This document shows positions 1 through 13,180 of a DNA stretch of 64,000 nucleotides, in pieces (within the stretch, counting starts at the first letter, position 1; every line of letters starts with the position of its first letter). The DNA is taken from contig MU053934.1 in assembly GCA_013239625.1 (NCBI GenBank), forward strand, positions 7,709,352-7,773,351, given 5' to 3'. The stretch is from Lama guanicoe. Its lineage: Eukaryota. The notes under the pieces are model-generated. The model was not told the DNA's origin. It saw only the letters and a program-made list of their open reading frames with translations, and made no database searches. Made by a program: the position numbers and the translations under genes.

Positions 1-239
1 GGCAAGGGCTCTATTTTTATTTACTGCTGAATCTCCAAGTGCACAGAAGACCTAGTGCACAGTGGGACCTTGATATTTATTCAGAGAAAGAACGATAAAC
101 AGACAACCACACAGCCAATCAAAAGAAAGAGGAGGCGGGTCCTTGTGCTTTGCTCAGGGCAGCCACCCTGGGTCTTCTGTTAAACAGCTCTGATCTTGTC
201 ACGATGCAAAAAAAAAAAGAGAAATAAACATAAGATTCC

Positions 240-625
240 ACATTTTTCTTCTAACAAACTGGCAAATGTTTTAATTGACAGTATCAGTGCCAGAAGAAGT
301 GGAACAAGGTATCTGGACATAGAAAGTACATATCCTCTGACTTGGTTTCTGCCTTTTTGAAGACTCTCTTTCAGGAAATAAACAAGATGAACTCATGGAA
401 TTATGATCGTTACAGCATTATTTACCAAATTCATAAAATTTACAAAAAATTTAAAAATTGGTGAACGTGAGATGCCTACATTGTCTAAATTAGGAGAATG
501 GTTAAATAAAACGTGGTAGTTCTGGAAGACGGGTTACAATGCAGCTATTTAGAATGCTTCAAGAAATGGTTTAATACCATGGTAAATGCTCACGATGTGC
601 TCAGTGGGAAAGGACCACAAAGTGG
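240..625 (+). mobile_element. Ancient L1ME-type 3' fragment
   Basis: aaactggcaaatg, acagcattattt, ggagaatggttaaataaa; heavily diverged. Confidence 0.5.
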
Positions 626-634
626 TCCAGATGC

Positions 635-664
635 TCACACACAAGTACACACACACACACACAC
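635..664. repeat. Interrupted (CA)n microsatellite
   Basis: cacacacaagtacacacacacacacacac. Confidence 0.8.
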
Positions 665-3600
665 TAGCATCAGCACTTGTTCTCTGGATGAGGAGTAAGT
701 GAGGGCAGAGGCGGGCAGAAGGCTGGGGCTCCCCAGCTGGGAGTCCTGCCTCCCCCGACGGTCAGGGTCCTGAGGTCGGGGGACAGGGATGGCCTGGTTG
801 TGAGTGATGTGGAGGAGAGGCTGGTTTGGGAGCCCTGCTGAGCAGGACAGCCCTGGATGTGAATCTGCCCCCGCTCTCTGCCTGTGCAGAGGTCAGAGTG
901 ACACCTAGGTCACACCGAACCCCGGGGTCCCAGGGGTGCGGCAGGTGAGCACTTGTGCCGGGCGTGTGACACACACGCACGAGATGCACTCACAGAGGAT
1001 GAACACTCAACGCATGTCTGTGATCACTGTATTGAGTCACCCACAGACACCCCTGGAACATCTGCCATGTGCCAGGCTCTTCTCTAGATGCTGGGGAGAC
1101 AGAGGTAAAAACTGGTCCTGAAATAATCTCCTGGGTGGGGCTGGTGTGGGTCTCCGGCGGGGAGGGAGAGGAGGGCCAGTCTCACAGGTGAGCAGAGACC
1201 AGAACGGGTTGTGTGCACCATGTCCCTGACACAACTGATGGGAGGAAGCCCCTGATCCAGGAGTGAAGGAGGCACAGGTACAAATCACTGAGACCCGGGT
1301 GTCGGAGGCACTTACCCGATGAGCGGTGTGAAGGTCGGGAGAACCATGCTGGTCCCACTCCGGGGGACCTGCCTGCACACCCCACGCTTTTCTCAGCTTC
1401 CCCAGAGCCACAGCGGAAGCCAGGCTGCGGGCACAGAGAGTGAGGGTGACTATGACCAGGCACAAAGGTGGTTTCGCTGCCTGATGGAGATATCTTTTTG
1501 CTGCTTGCAAAGATAATTATTGTGTTCACTGTAGAAAACTTAGAAACTACAAAAACGGCACAAATTGGAAACAAGGATCACTGATAACTCTGCCCCTAGA
1601 GGGACCACTGCCATCTCCTCGGTGCGCAAGGGACCAGCCATTGACCGGAAAGTCTCCAGGCCCCGGGGGACGCAGCCACACCACCCTCTGCCCAGTGATC
1701 CCCAGAGAACCACTGGCCTCTGGAGGGCAGGGCCTCCTGGCTCTTCCATCAGGAGCATTTGGGCTCGAGGCTGTTGGGCGCCCACATTCTGGTTCACAGA
1801 ACCGCTCAGCCACCGCCAGCCTCGCTCCGAGTGACTGGAGACGCCGGGGAAGAACAGATGGCTCCGGGTCTGGCGCTTTGTGTCCCTGGCACTTCTCACG
1901 TGATCATGATATCTGAATGGGGAAAAATAGTGCTTTTTTTGTAACTAGAAGAAATGCTTCTCCTAATCAGAAAAGACACCACTATCTTCAGATGCAAATG
2001 TCACTTTCCAAAACTAACTATGCTTTACATAAAAGGGCCCCTCAGGACAGGAATCACAGCTGCAATTCGGAGAGAACTAGGGGGAGGGATGAGGCACCCG
2101 GCGCCCACTGTTGTCCACACGGCCGCCTGGACCAGGAGCCGCTGGGCCTGCGTCCTCAGCTCCCCTCCCCATAGCCTCTCATCTGACAGCCGTACGCACG
2201 CACTGCTGTTTCTGTTACTTTTAAGTGGAAAAAACAAAGTGGAACCTTACGTGTTGCAGGTCTGACCCGATTAGAGGACGACCTCCTTGCTTTGGACCAA
2301 CTTTCTCCCTTTGATTCAAGGGTGCTCACGTGGAGTCTTGTTTCACCAAACAATTGTCCCTCTGGGTGTCGCTGAGAAACACGGACCACCAGGGCCAAAG
2401 AGAAAACTCCTGCTCCTCTTTGTGACGACACAACAGAGTTGGCAAAACGTATAAAGGAAATAATGTCCCAGCGTATGAAGTATACAATCGTCCAAGAGCC
2501 GGCTGACAGCACCTCACTTCTATGGAGTGTTTCTCTGTCTCAGACGTATCCACATTATCTTATTCAGTAAAAAGCAAGCATTACAGCGGAGTCCTGTGGC
2601 TCTAAATCAGCCATTGCTTGGACTCGCCCAAGAGGCTGCCCAACCAGTAGGGGGTCAGAGGAGACAGCTGAGGTCAGGGGCTAGAGGGAGGCAGCCCCAG
2701 CCCGTGCAGCACTGATCCGGGGCCCACGCCCTCAGCCCGGCTGCAGGGCTCCCCTCCCTCCACAGCCTGCTGCCTCTGACGCTGCCTTTGACTCCGACCG
2801 GGGTTTCTCTCAGCACACACAGTACCGGCTGATGAACTGGGGGGGACCCCCAGCGCGTGTCCTGTCCTCCCGGCAGCTCAGGCCATCCTGCCATCCTTCA
2901 GCGACTCACAGTGAACACGGAGAAGGGGTGGACCCCTACCCCGGCCACAGGATCACGGCCAGGGAGCAGTGCCAGGACCCCGAGTTCTGCCGACTCAGAG
3001 GGAGCTGGGCCTGGAGGGCGAGGGCAACTCGGTGTCAGCTGAGGGCTCCAGGGCCCATCAGAGCTGTCAGAGCTCAGCTCTGCTCGCTTCTGTGACCTCG
3101 GGCGACACGCACACCCCTCCCTGTCTGCCTCATTTGCCCCACAAGGATAAAGCAGGGAGAGAAACCAAACTGTCTCCAAGGGCAGGCCTGAGATTTCAAC
3201 AAAATGACACATGCAGTGCTTCACCCGACGCCCGGCAAACACGGCGGCCAGCCTTGGTGCTGCTGCTGGGTCTTTCAACAGATACTTTTGCCCGAGTCGA
3301 GAGGCTGGACAGACCTGGGCTTGAGTCCCGGCTCCTGGGGAACACCGGCTCTCTCCTGAGTCCTCGAGGACAGAGGCATTCTGGTGCACGCTGCTGCCCG
3401 CAGGTCAAGCCGGCCTGCCCGGAGGGGCAGCTGGGGCTGAGACGTGGTCATGCACCCTGGGGGCCTGGGGAGGGGCCCAGGTGCACAGAACCCGGGCTCC
3501 GAACCTGCTGCCTCGGGCTCTGGAGGTGGGGCCCTGGGCTCCGATTCAGCGCGGCCAGGCTAGAGCCCTGCTCTGCCGTCTTCCAGCCGGACCTCAGGCA

Positions 3601-4164
3601 AGTCACTTCACTTCTCCGGGCCAAGGTTCTCTGTCTGTAAAGTCGTGACGGCCACACCAGTCGGGGGGCAGAATCATCCCAGGGGACAGCGGACAAACAG
3701 GCGGCAGCCTGTCCGCTCAGGAAGGCACCGGACCAACCCGCCTGTGATCAAGATGAAAGAACCCTGCCTCTGCTGCCGGGAATCACATTCGGAGGGGTCT
3801 GGGGGGGCCCCTATGTGAGACGCTTGTGGCCCCAACCCAAACCTGGGGTGAGACCTAGCCAAGGGCGAGAACCAGCAGCCAGGGCAGGGCGTACCCCGGA
3901 GGGTTAACTGACCCTGAAATCCTGTTAGCTCATATCCAGTTGTATTGTACTGTTGTTTCAACAGCTGTATTCATAGGAGGATGATTCCAGAAAAGAGCCT
4001 TCCAGTATCCTGTCCAGCCACGTTCCTGGCTGATTTATAAAATCAATTTTCTATGAAATTGTACCCTAAGCTACTTCTCTATAGAAGAGGGAAGAGTGAA
4101 CATGATAGGGAAGGGGTGGGTTGAACTGTCACATAAGCTAGTGGAGCTGGAGACGGAGACACAT

Positions 4165-4575
4165 CGTGTTCAAGGTCCATTTCCTCGACTCTCCCTGTGT
4201 CCACATCCTTCGCCATGTGCCTCAGGTCCCTCCTACTGAAGAGCTGAGACTATGTCCCTATCCCTTGGTTCTGGATTCAGCCATACAACTGCTCTGGCCA
4301 AAGGAATGTCAGCAAGTACAACACAATGAAAGAATTAAACAGCACTTGTGTGGTTGGCTAGACTGTCTTGTGTCTGTGGTTCTGCCTTGAGAGGGACGTG
4401 CCTGGCTACACGCTGGTCCAATGAGAGGGGTGAGAGACACGTGAGCAGAGATGTCCCAGTCAGGCCACCAGAGCTGAACCAGCCTAGACTGGCCACACAA
4501 ACAGCAAAAGTCGAGCAAATGCTTATTGTCCTGGAAGTTCTGTGGCTGTTTGTTACACAGCAACAGCTGACAGAT
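4165..4575 (+). mobile_element. MaLR solo LTR (MLT1 family)
   Basis: ctctggccaaaggaatg, agagctgaaccagccta and the typical 3' end gtggctgtttgttacacagcaacagctgacagat. Confidence 0.75.
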
Positions 4576-6764
4576 TTGGTTCTGAATTGCTAGTTAGGAA
4601 GAAATAAAAGGGCTGAGCTCAAAGTACAGAGAAGAAACGGTGACTTTTTGGCCATCAGTGTTCCTTGACACTGGACACTTTGCAAAGGGACTTCGTGACC
4701 CTCCTCTTGTGAGTGCCCAGGGTGGCAGTCACCTGACTGGGACAACACGGTTTAGCAAGGTCCAGTCTAGCTGTCAGATTAGAAATATGTCCGTGTATTA
4801 ATTTACCTATTCTGAAGGTTACAATTAGCTAATCAGGCTGCATGATTCTTCTACTAACTTTTATTCTGAATACTTAGGGAGACAATTATAGTTTTTCCAT
4901 GATTCCTTACAGGAGGAAAAAAAAATCCTGAAACTTCATACAGAATAAGAACACAGCAGGTAGCAAAAACTCCTAATTAGAAACACTCAGTAAAGAATTC
5001 CTCCACTTCCTTTTAAAGAACAGTATAATTACTTCTAAGAATTGAAAAATTGCTTCATTTGATCAAATATTTTGATTAGCCAAGAAATTAATTGTACTGT
5101 ATCTTCATTTGTATTTACAGTGAATTAATGAATGCTAAAAATAACAACAGCAGCAAAACTGCTTGTCAAAAGAAAAAAGAGACAATACATTAAAAAATCC
5201 AGAAGAAAATAAAGTGAAAGCTCTCTGGGCAAGCGCACCCAGCGTACAGACGCCCCTCGCTGGATCAAGCAACCAACTCTTGCAACTGCCAGAGCCTGGT
5301 GCGCACACAGCCTGGTGCGCACACAGCCAGGGGTAGACTCTCATCGTTGGGAGGTCTGGAGAGCTCAGTGATGGATGAATTGGCATCAGTCATCCAGGAT
5401 GCTGTGTGCAGAAGGGAGGGAGTTACACCAGAACGCCAGGCACGGAGCCAGCGTTCTCGGTGGCATGACCGCTGCCTGCGCTGGGATCTCTGACTCCGCA
5501 GGGATTCCTTCCAGATAACGAACGAGGCAAAGCGGGAGATTCCAGGTTCCTTTCCCTTTAGACAGCCTACAGTCAAGTCAAGCTTCAAGTCCACTGAGCC
5601 AAGGCTTACTGAGACCCAGTACTGACGGCACCGAGACCAGTCCTGGTGACACAGAGACCAGGCACGGAGACACGGTGACCATCCTTCACTCTGCCTCCTT
5701 CACTCGGGTGCTGGGCTGGAGCGTTCCAGAAGTTTCTCTAATCCTCCCATTGCCCTCTGAGGCAGCCGTGGTTCCCCCTGTTTCTAGACAAAGTAAGCGG
5801 GGCTTGTCTCCGAGGAGTCAGGACCTGCCCGCAGTCCCCAGGCTACTCCCCTGCGAGCTGATGACGGAGCTCAGGATGGTCTGACGTCAGAGCTGGGCTC
5901 TTCCTGCTCTTCCCTGATTCTACCACAGGCACAAGATTACAGAGCCTCCCGAAGAGAGGAATGTGCGAGATCATACACCTGCCCAGGGGCCCCGCATAGG
6001 CCCTGGAAACAGAGTAGTGAGCCTCAGAGACCAGCCCCTGCCCCGGGGAGGCCAATGCTTGGAGATGCCCATGGAGCCAGGTGGGGGAGCCCCACTGGAA
6101 CAGCCCAGCCTCTGGGCATCCCTCCCAAACCCTTCGCCATCTGGTCTCACCCCCTCCCCACTCCAACCCGTGCTCTAGCCGTGCCCACAGGGTCTCCCCA
6201 TCTTGGGTCCCTGCATGCGCCAATCCTGACAGCCGGGCAGCCCTGCCTCCCAGCCGTGCAAACTCTTCAGAGAGTCCTTTGTGCCGCCTCTGCCCCGGAC
6301 CATGCAGACTTGGGTCCTCCTCCTCCTGCTCTCCGACCTCACCTCCAGCCTACAGCGTGACATTCACAAAGCATCCATCCGACACCTCTGCACACACCCA
6401 ACCCACAAGTCCTTTGGCAGCACGGCCATAAAATGCAGGGAAATAGAGGAAACACTGAAGCCATCCCTTCAACCCTTTAATGACTCCATCAGCTCTTGGC
6501 TAAAGTCATTTATGAAACTATTAAAATAGATTCTTCCACCCAAATAAATCACCCACCGTATAATCACATCATTACTAAACCTTGACCATTAAACACGCGC
6601 TCACTGCAATCAGACAGAATGAAAAATAAAGTAGCGCAAACTCTTGGTGTTTGCTACGGTCGGTACCAGACAAAGCTTTTTGCATCAACTCACTTAATCC
6701 AAATAGCAATCGTAGGGTGGACACTAAGATGGTTCCCACTGACAGGTAGGGGGCCAAGAGCAGG

Positions 6765-6970
6765 GCCCTGGTGCTGTTGGAATTTGACTCCCAGCAACAG
6801 CACCTCTAGCTGTGTGACGGGGGGTGGAGCTGTAACCTCTCTGTTCTTCAGTTTTGTCATCCTTAAAATGTGGACAATGATGGTAGCTGCATCTCAAAAG
6901 GCTCTCAGGAGGATTAGCTGAGTTAACTGGTGCCTAGAACAGGGCCTGGCTCACAGCACAAGTGCAGTGC
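6765..6970 (+). mobile_element. MIR SINE
   Basis: MIR core ctagctgtgtgac...taacctctctgttcttcagttttgtcatccttaaaatg...gcctagaacagggcctggc. Confidence 0.75.
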
Positions 6971-9900
6971 GTATCAACCATCAGTTGGATGTTGGGGTCT
7001 GACTGTGGGTGACAAGAAGATGGCAGTAACGGGCCAGGCAAAATCACTAGGCAGGAGATGTGCTTCTTTCTCTTAATCTCTCATCACGGACCTCAGGCCT
7101 CAGTCAAAGCCAAGAGATGGAACGTTCTGGTTTGTTCACGAATGGTCAGAGTCACTTTGGCTGGAACAGTCATCACCCTGAGGGAAGCTCTGGGTGTGCT
7201 CACCTGCCCTCCCACCAGCCTGGACACCAGGCTGGCCCTGCGCCTGGCACGCGTCATCACCCACATTTGCCAAATGTGGCCAGGTGAGAGTCTCCCAAAT
7301 GGGGCATCGGAGGCCAGAACACAAGAGCTCCCCTCCAAGCTGCACACGGTGCAGTCACTCTTAGGTTAAACAACCCTCCCAAATCTGGGTTGGTTAAAGC
7401 ATCCACGCCCCTCGGGCACCACTTGGACCCGGAGCCTCCAGTCGGAAGGAGTAGGATTGCCCCCCACCAGATAACGATGATAATAACTAAGACCCTAGTG
7501 CTGTCTGTGGCTTGGATTTTCCCAGCAGGACTTAGTTGGGTCAATGACTTCTTGGATTGACTCCTGGCTTCTTGATATGGTCATGACTTTGTAGAATCAA
7601 TGGTACAGCTCAACTCTGGTGCTTAATTGATCCAAATGTTGCAATCGCATTAGACTACAAATTAGACCGTCATGGCTTCAGAGGAACCCAGTGAGTGGGG
7701 GTCTGCCTGGGTGGGCTACGCCACAGTCTGTTTATTTTGAACACATAGATAGAGTCCCACTGAAGGTAGGAGTCAAGAAAGAATGCCAGCCCACATTCGA
7801 GGGGAGCGCTTGCGAAAGCGTTTGGAGAACGCCAGGGTGAGTGGCCAGCACAGGCTCCCCAGAGACGGGAAGGCCTGCCCCTGCCGGCACTGCCCAGGGT
7901 GGAACACAAAGGTGAGCAAGGCCTTGCCCCCCGGGGTCACAGAACATTTAGGCTTGAGAAAATTCACTGATTCCAGTTTTCCTAATTTCTGCACACTCCT
8001 GCCTTACTAGAAATTCAGTTTGGCTGCGCTTTCTTCCGAACCTCACTGGGTTCATGGTCATCTCATCCTCTTCCTTAAAGAGCTGGGTTTGAAAGGGGGT
8101 CTCTCAGATGGAGAAGGCGGGAGTGGGACCACTCCCCACCAGAGGTCAGTCGGGCGGAGGGAAGCGTGGCGTGGCCCCCTTCTGGCAGCTGTCAGAGCAC
8201 CTCCGGGGACGGGGGTGGTGGGAGGCACTCCTGCTCCTTCTGACTGGAGGCTCCAGACCCTGGGGGTCCCGGGAGGCACAGAGGCTTTAACCAACTTGGA
8301 TTTGGGAGAATTGTCTCCCCTTAAAAGAATGACTACGCATCACTCTAAGTGGTGGTCAGGGAGCTTGAGCGGGTTGCAGCCCTAACTGCTCATCCTGTGT
8401 GGCGGTGTGACTTTTGTCCTGCTCAAGGTGGTGGGTGACAATATTCCCTTTCCTTGAGCTTAGGCCTGGCGGGCCCAGCAGCCCTCTTGTCGCAAACTGT
8501 CACCAAGGCCACCCCAAGTGTCCAAGTCGGCCAGAGTTATCCCTCACCACCTGTCATTTCCTCAACGGTCTCCAGAACAGGACAAATGTTCTGCCAGCAA
8601 GTGGAAAGTGAGTGAAATTTAGGGGGAAACATTCGAAAATCACTGAAGAAAGAGGACCTAGTCTTTCTTGCCATCAGGGGCAGGAGTAGATAACAGTAAT
8701 GACATAGCTTAATAATTTCCTTAAATTATTTCCAATCATATTCAGGCCTTTTCCTGAAAAGGAAGCTTCCCCATTCTTTATAACATTCATTAAAAATACA
8801 TGGACACCGTTGTATTTACAATAAAAAGAAAGATAAATCGAAGTAATACTGTTGGCAACCAATATAAATATGATGCTCAGAAAAGAGCACAAACGTTTTG
8901 ATGTGTCTTATGGGCTCTTCTGCAGCTGAAAACTACAATCTTAAATTCTCCCTTGGAAAAAAATCACCTTCAAGTTACTTAACATCTCACTGGGTGACTT
9001 TAAAGACAGTATATGATAAACACAAGGTAAGGACCGATCTCATTGGCTCTCTGTTAGCTAGAATGTGACACAATAATTACTCTGCAGTGAATAAGGATGC
9101 GTTTTGTTAAAAAAAATCCCATTATTTCCATGGTAATAAAGAAGAAAGATTTTATATGGGTTTCTACCGTGTCTTTTAAAAGTTCTATTTCTGCTCTGAG
9201 CGTTATTTTTATATTCACAGAAGATACTGAAATTGTACTTTAAGACTTAAAAGAAATGTTAAACAGGAATGATTTCTAAAAATGAGGTGGTACTCGATAT
9301 TCTGCACACAGCATTTTGAACGTAAAGTGTTTCTCCCAGAAGTGAAAGAGTGGCCTCTGCGGAGGGCGGAAATTCAGACAATGCTTTCGCCCAGGTGGGG
9401 AGAATCCTATGAAAAAGGTGCTGGCGCTAAAGTCCAGTGCTTGTCCTGGTTTTATTTTTACTTTTCACTTTTCAACCAAGCCACTGGGTAGCATTTCAGT
9501 TGTAAAGCCTTGTTCCTCTTCTGTTCGCCACACAGGCCAGTGCTTCTGGTCCTGACCCGGGTGTGATGCTCCCAGCGGCTGGGGGCACCTCTCTCGCTCC
9601 GTCTGCAACGCCTGCCGGCATCACAGGAGGGCGGTGGGGCCCACGCGCTGAGCGGGGCCATCTGCGCTGGCCCGTGACCCCCACTTCGAGAAACACCGTT
9701 CGACTTCAGTGGTGCTTAATGAGGCAGCAGAGGGAGCAAGGAGCCAAAACGCCAGGGCAGAGCCGGGGCAGGACCAGAAAGCAGTGCAGCCTCCGCTCTG
9801 GAAGGAGCTAAGGCGGTTTCATCTGTCGGGAGTGACGGGGACACGACACAGATCGACGCACGCTCTTTGGAGACAGACGTAGCCGTGCGCCTGATCTAAG

Positions 9901-11299
9901 AAATGGATCGCGAGCCAGTGTAAAATCGTGACTCTGCTCTCCGTGTGGGTTCCTTCTACTCATGGCCTTATTATAAGACGTGTTAGCTGCCATCCCAGCT
10001 GTCCCTTTGCCAAGAATGGATTTGGTCTGGCCGGGGATTATTCACGGGGAGCTTCTTTGCGAGGAGAGGTGCTGACTGCCTTAATTACATTTTGGTAATC
10101 TGCTTTTAATTACTTGCCGTGGGTGTGTCCCCTTGAGGAAAGGATGGCTGGTGTCGGATTTAATGAGCTTGACGACGATGCATTAACTCTTCCTATTATC
10201 TGCTGCCTCTTTCCCTTCTATGAAGAACAGCAGCCCAGGATTACACCGCAGAAGTCGTCACAGGGGCACAATCTCGGCTCCTCCACAGCCCCCTCACCGC
10301 TCCAGCCGCCCCCCAGGATGCCCGCCCACGTCCCTGCTCAGAGTCTCAACCATCCTCCTTTTGCTCAGAGAGAGGGACCTGAGGTCCTGCCCCTGGTGGC
10401 CTGCCCCATCTATGCCCCCTCCACATCAGCAAGTAAACAGGACAAAAGAAAACCCCCACATACGCTGAACAGCCCGTGGTCGCCCTGCACCGCACATACT
10501 TTGAGGCTGCGCGTCCCAACCTCAACTTGTCCTTTGGGGAAATGCACCTCAGTTCAAGCACTGGCTTCTCAGCAAGGCCTCCCCCCGGACTCCTTCCCCC
10601 AGGCCAGCTGGGGGGCTGGTACCACTTAATCCCAAGCGCCTACTGCACGCGGACAGGGAACGCAGGAGGAGGTGCCATCTCTGGCCCCTGCCACATCCCC
10701 TCCAGCCACCACGCTCCCTCCACTCTCTAAGCACAAGAGAGCACAACCAGTGTCTCTCTTGTTGCAGTGAATCCTAAAACCTCCTCGCAAGAATGTTCAG
10801 CAAAAGGCTTCCAGAGGCAAAGGAGATTCTGCAAAGGAAACCCAGCAGAACTTGTGTCAGGAGGAGCAAGCAACAGCATCTGCAGTCTTAAAAATGTTCG
10901 CCCCTCGGTCCTGGAACTCCAAAGTCCACAGAGATGCTCGCAGTGACCTGCGAGCCAGCACGCTCCGCCTGCAGACTGCGTGTCCTCTGGACAGAGCGGC
11001 GTGAGGATTCAGCAAGGTCTGTGAAGTCCTCCGAGGGAAGCTGAGGGAAAGGTATGGGCACACGTTTATAGGAGCTTGATGAGGGCAGACTAATCATTCA
11101 AACACAGAAAACTGGAGGCCACCTAAAGTCCAACGACGGGGCATCGGCTACACCAGCTAAGCTGACCCCTGACCCAGAACACCTCTTCCGCATTCTAAGC
11201 CCAAAGTCTGGGGCCACTCTTGACTCATTCTCTCATGTTCCACTTTCCAAATGTATCTAGACCTGAGCCACGCCAGCAGCACCCTCCCCAGGGCCGTGC

Positions 11300-11690
11300 T
11301 GCCCTTTCTACTGGTCCTTGGCCCCCAGGACTTCTCCACCAGCAGCCACGGTGACTTATCTAAAGTGTAAGTCGAGGCACGATGCTCCTCTCCCCAAACA
11401 TTCCCTGGGTCTCTGTGTTACTCAGACTGTCACAGGGCCACCCGCCACGTCCTTCACTGACAGTACACTGGGTCTCAGCTCAGATGTCCCCTTCTCACCC
11501 ACGCCCTTCTCCTGTCCTGCTTTGCTTTATGTCACAGTACATTCTGGAATCTGACATTTGCTCTATTTTCTCATTTCTCATCTGTCTCCCTTGCTAGAAT
11601 GCAGGCCCCTGGCCCACTGCTGACCCCAGGACCCTGCTCTGTGCCTGGGACGCAGGGGGCCAGCTGATGGAGAGGGTGGGTGGGATGGTG
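11300..11690 (+). mobile_element. LINE-2 3' remnant
   Basis: ctccaccagcagccacggtgac, ggtctcagctcagatgtccccttctc, tctgtctcccttgctagaatg. Confidence 0.55.
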
Positions 11691-12680
11691 CACCTCCAAC
11701 AAAGCCCACTCTTCAGAGACAAATCCCTACGTGGAAACGTCAATGACGCCACAGCAAGCGAGAAGGCAGCTCCACAAGGGACCCGCAGGGGCCCAGGAGG
11801 AGAAGCTAGCGGCTGGGACAGAAAGCCAAGTGAAAATGCCTGGGAGTGATTATTTAAGAAACAGAGGTGGGGGGAAAGCCCTGAGAGAGGGCAGGGGCAC
11901 AGCTGGAGATGCGACTGGAAATTACGCTGGTTGGTTTTGGGGAACAGAACTGGGGGGATCGTTGATCAGCCGACACCTGCTTTTAAGTCTTCTGCAATGA
12001 CTCAGTTTCATTTCCATCGGGGCATATGTTACTTTGATACAGATAGTAAATGCTTGTTGAAAAAGAGCTGAGAAAATCTCCCCAAAGCCCCAAATCCAGC
12101 AATATCTACCCCTGTCCTTGACTCCGTCCCCAAAGGATATTTGTATAGAAAAGAGGATTGGAAGTAAATATACCAAAATGTTAACACTGTTTGTCCCTGG
12201 GGGTGACTTTAATTCTCTCCTTCAAAATGACTGGTATCTTCCAAGTCATGTAAAATGGACAGAAATGACTTCTATAAATATTAGCTCAAACCACATGAAA
12301 TTGTCAATGTTCAATCATTTATGACTCTAAAAATGGAGATTTCACATGATTCAACCTAATAGGAAAAATTATTTTTAAAAACGGGGCTGCTTTCAAGGTC
12401 AATAAAAGTATTCCTATCCTTGGACCTCAGTCACTTTATTTAAAACGTGGATCTAGGTTTACATACAAAGTTTTCAGGGCAGAGTACATTACAATGGCAA
12501 AATCTGGGAAAAAACCTAAATGCTTAGAAACAAGGAGTTGATGGAATGTTATACAGACATTTTAACTCATGTTTGGAAGAACTTTAAGTGACTTGGTGCA
12601 GCTTGATATTAAGGGAAGAAAGCCAGACTCATGGCTCTATCTCCGGTGTTATCTCCACTGCGTGGAAACACGCATTGTAT

Positions 12681-13180
12681 CTGCACACCCTGTTTACAGC
12701 AGCATTATTCACGATAGCTAAAACGCGGAAGCAAGGCAAGCATTCACTGATAGATGAACGGATGAGCAAAATGTGGTCAGCATGTACAACGGACTGTTAC
12801 GAGACTTAGCAAGAAAGGAAATTCTGACACCTGCCACGGCAGGGATGAATCTTGAGGACGTTATGCTCAGGGAAGAAAGCTGGTCACAAAAGGACAAAGC
12901 GTATATGATTTCCCTTGTATGAGGCACCCAGAGTTGTCAAAGTCCTAGGGACAGAAAGGAGGAAGGTGGGTGCCGGGGCGGGGGGGACTGGATGTGGGTG
13001 GCGGAGTTAGTGTTTAACAGGGATCGCGTTTCAGTCTTGTTGGGTGAAGACAGTTCTGGAGGTGATGGTGGTGATAGTTTGCACAAAGTCGCAAATGGAC
13101 TTAATGCACCGATCCATCGTGCTCTGACGAAGGGTTAAGACGGTGAAACTGCTGGTATGTGTACTTTACCACAATAAAAG
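12681..13180 (+). mobile_element. LINE-1 3' end (L1MB-like)
   Basis: tgtttacagcagcattattcacgatagc, ggatgaatcttgaggacgttatgct, gttctggaggtgatggtggtgat, ending in actttaccacaataaaa. Confidence 0.85.

Noticed and set aside
2969..3640. Longest ORF in the track (223 aa) and the many other 60-200 aa ORFs
   Set aside because: Pro/Gly/Arg-rich translations overlap in several frames with no recognisable domain, as expected by chance in GC-rich intron DNA. Many use non-ATG starts.
9124..9137. RFX X-box-like palindrome ATTTCCATGGTAAT (attractive for a ciliary gene)
   Set aside because: It lacks the terminal G and C of GTTNCCATGGNAAC and is far from any promoter.
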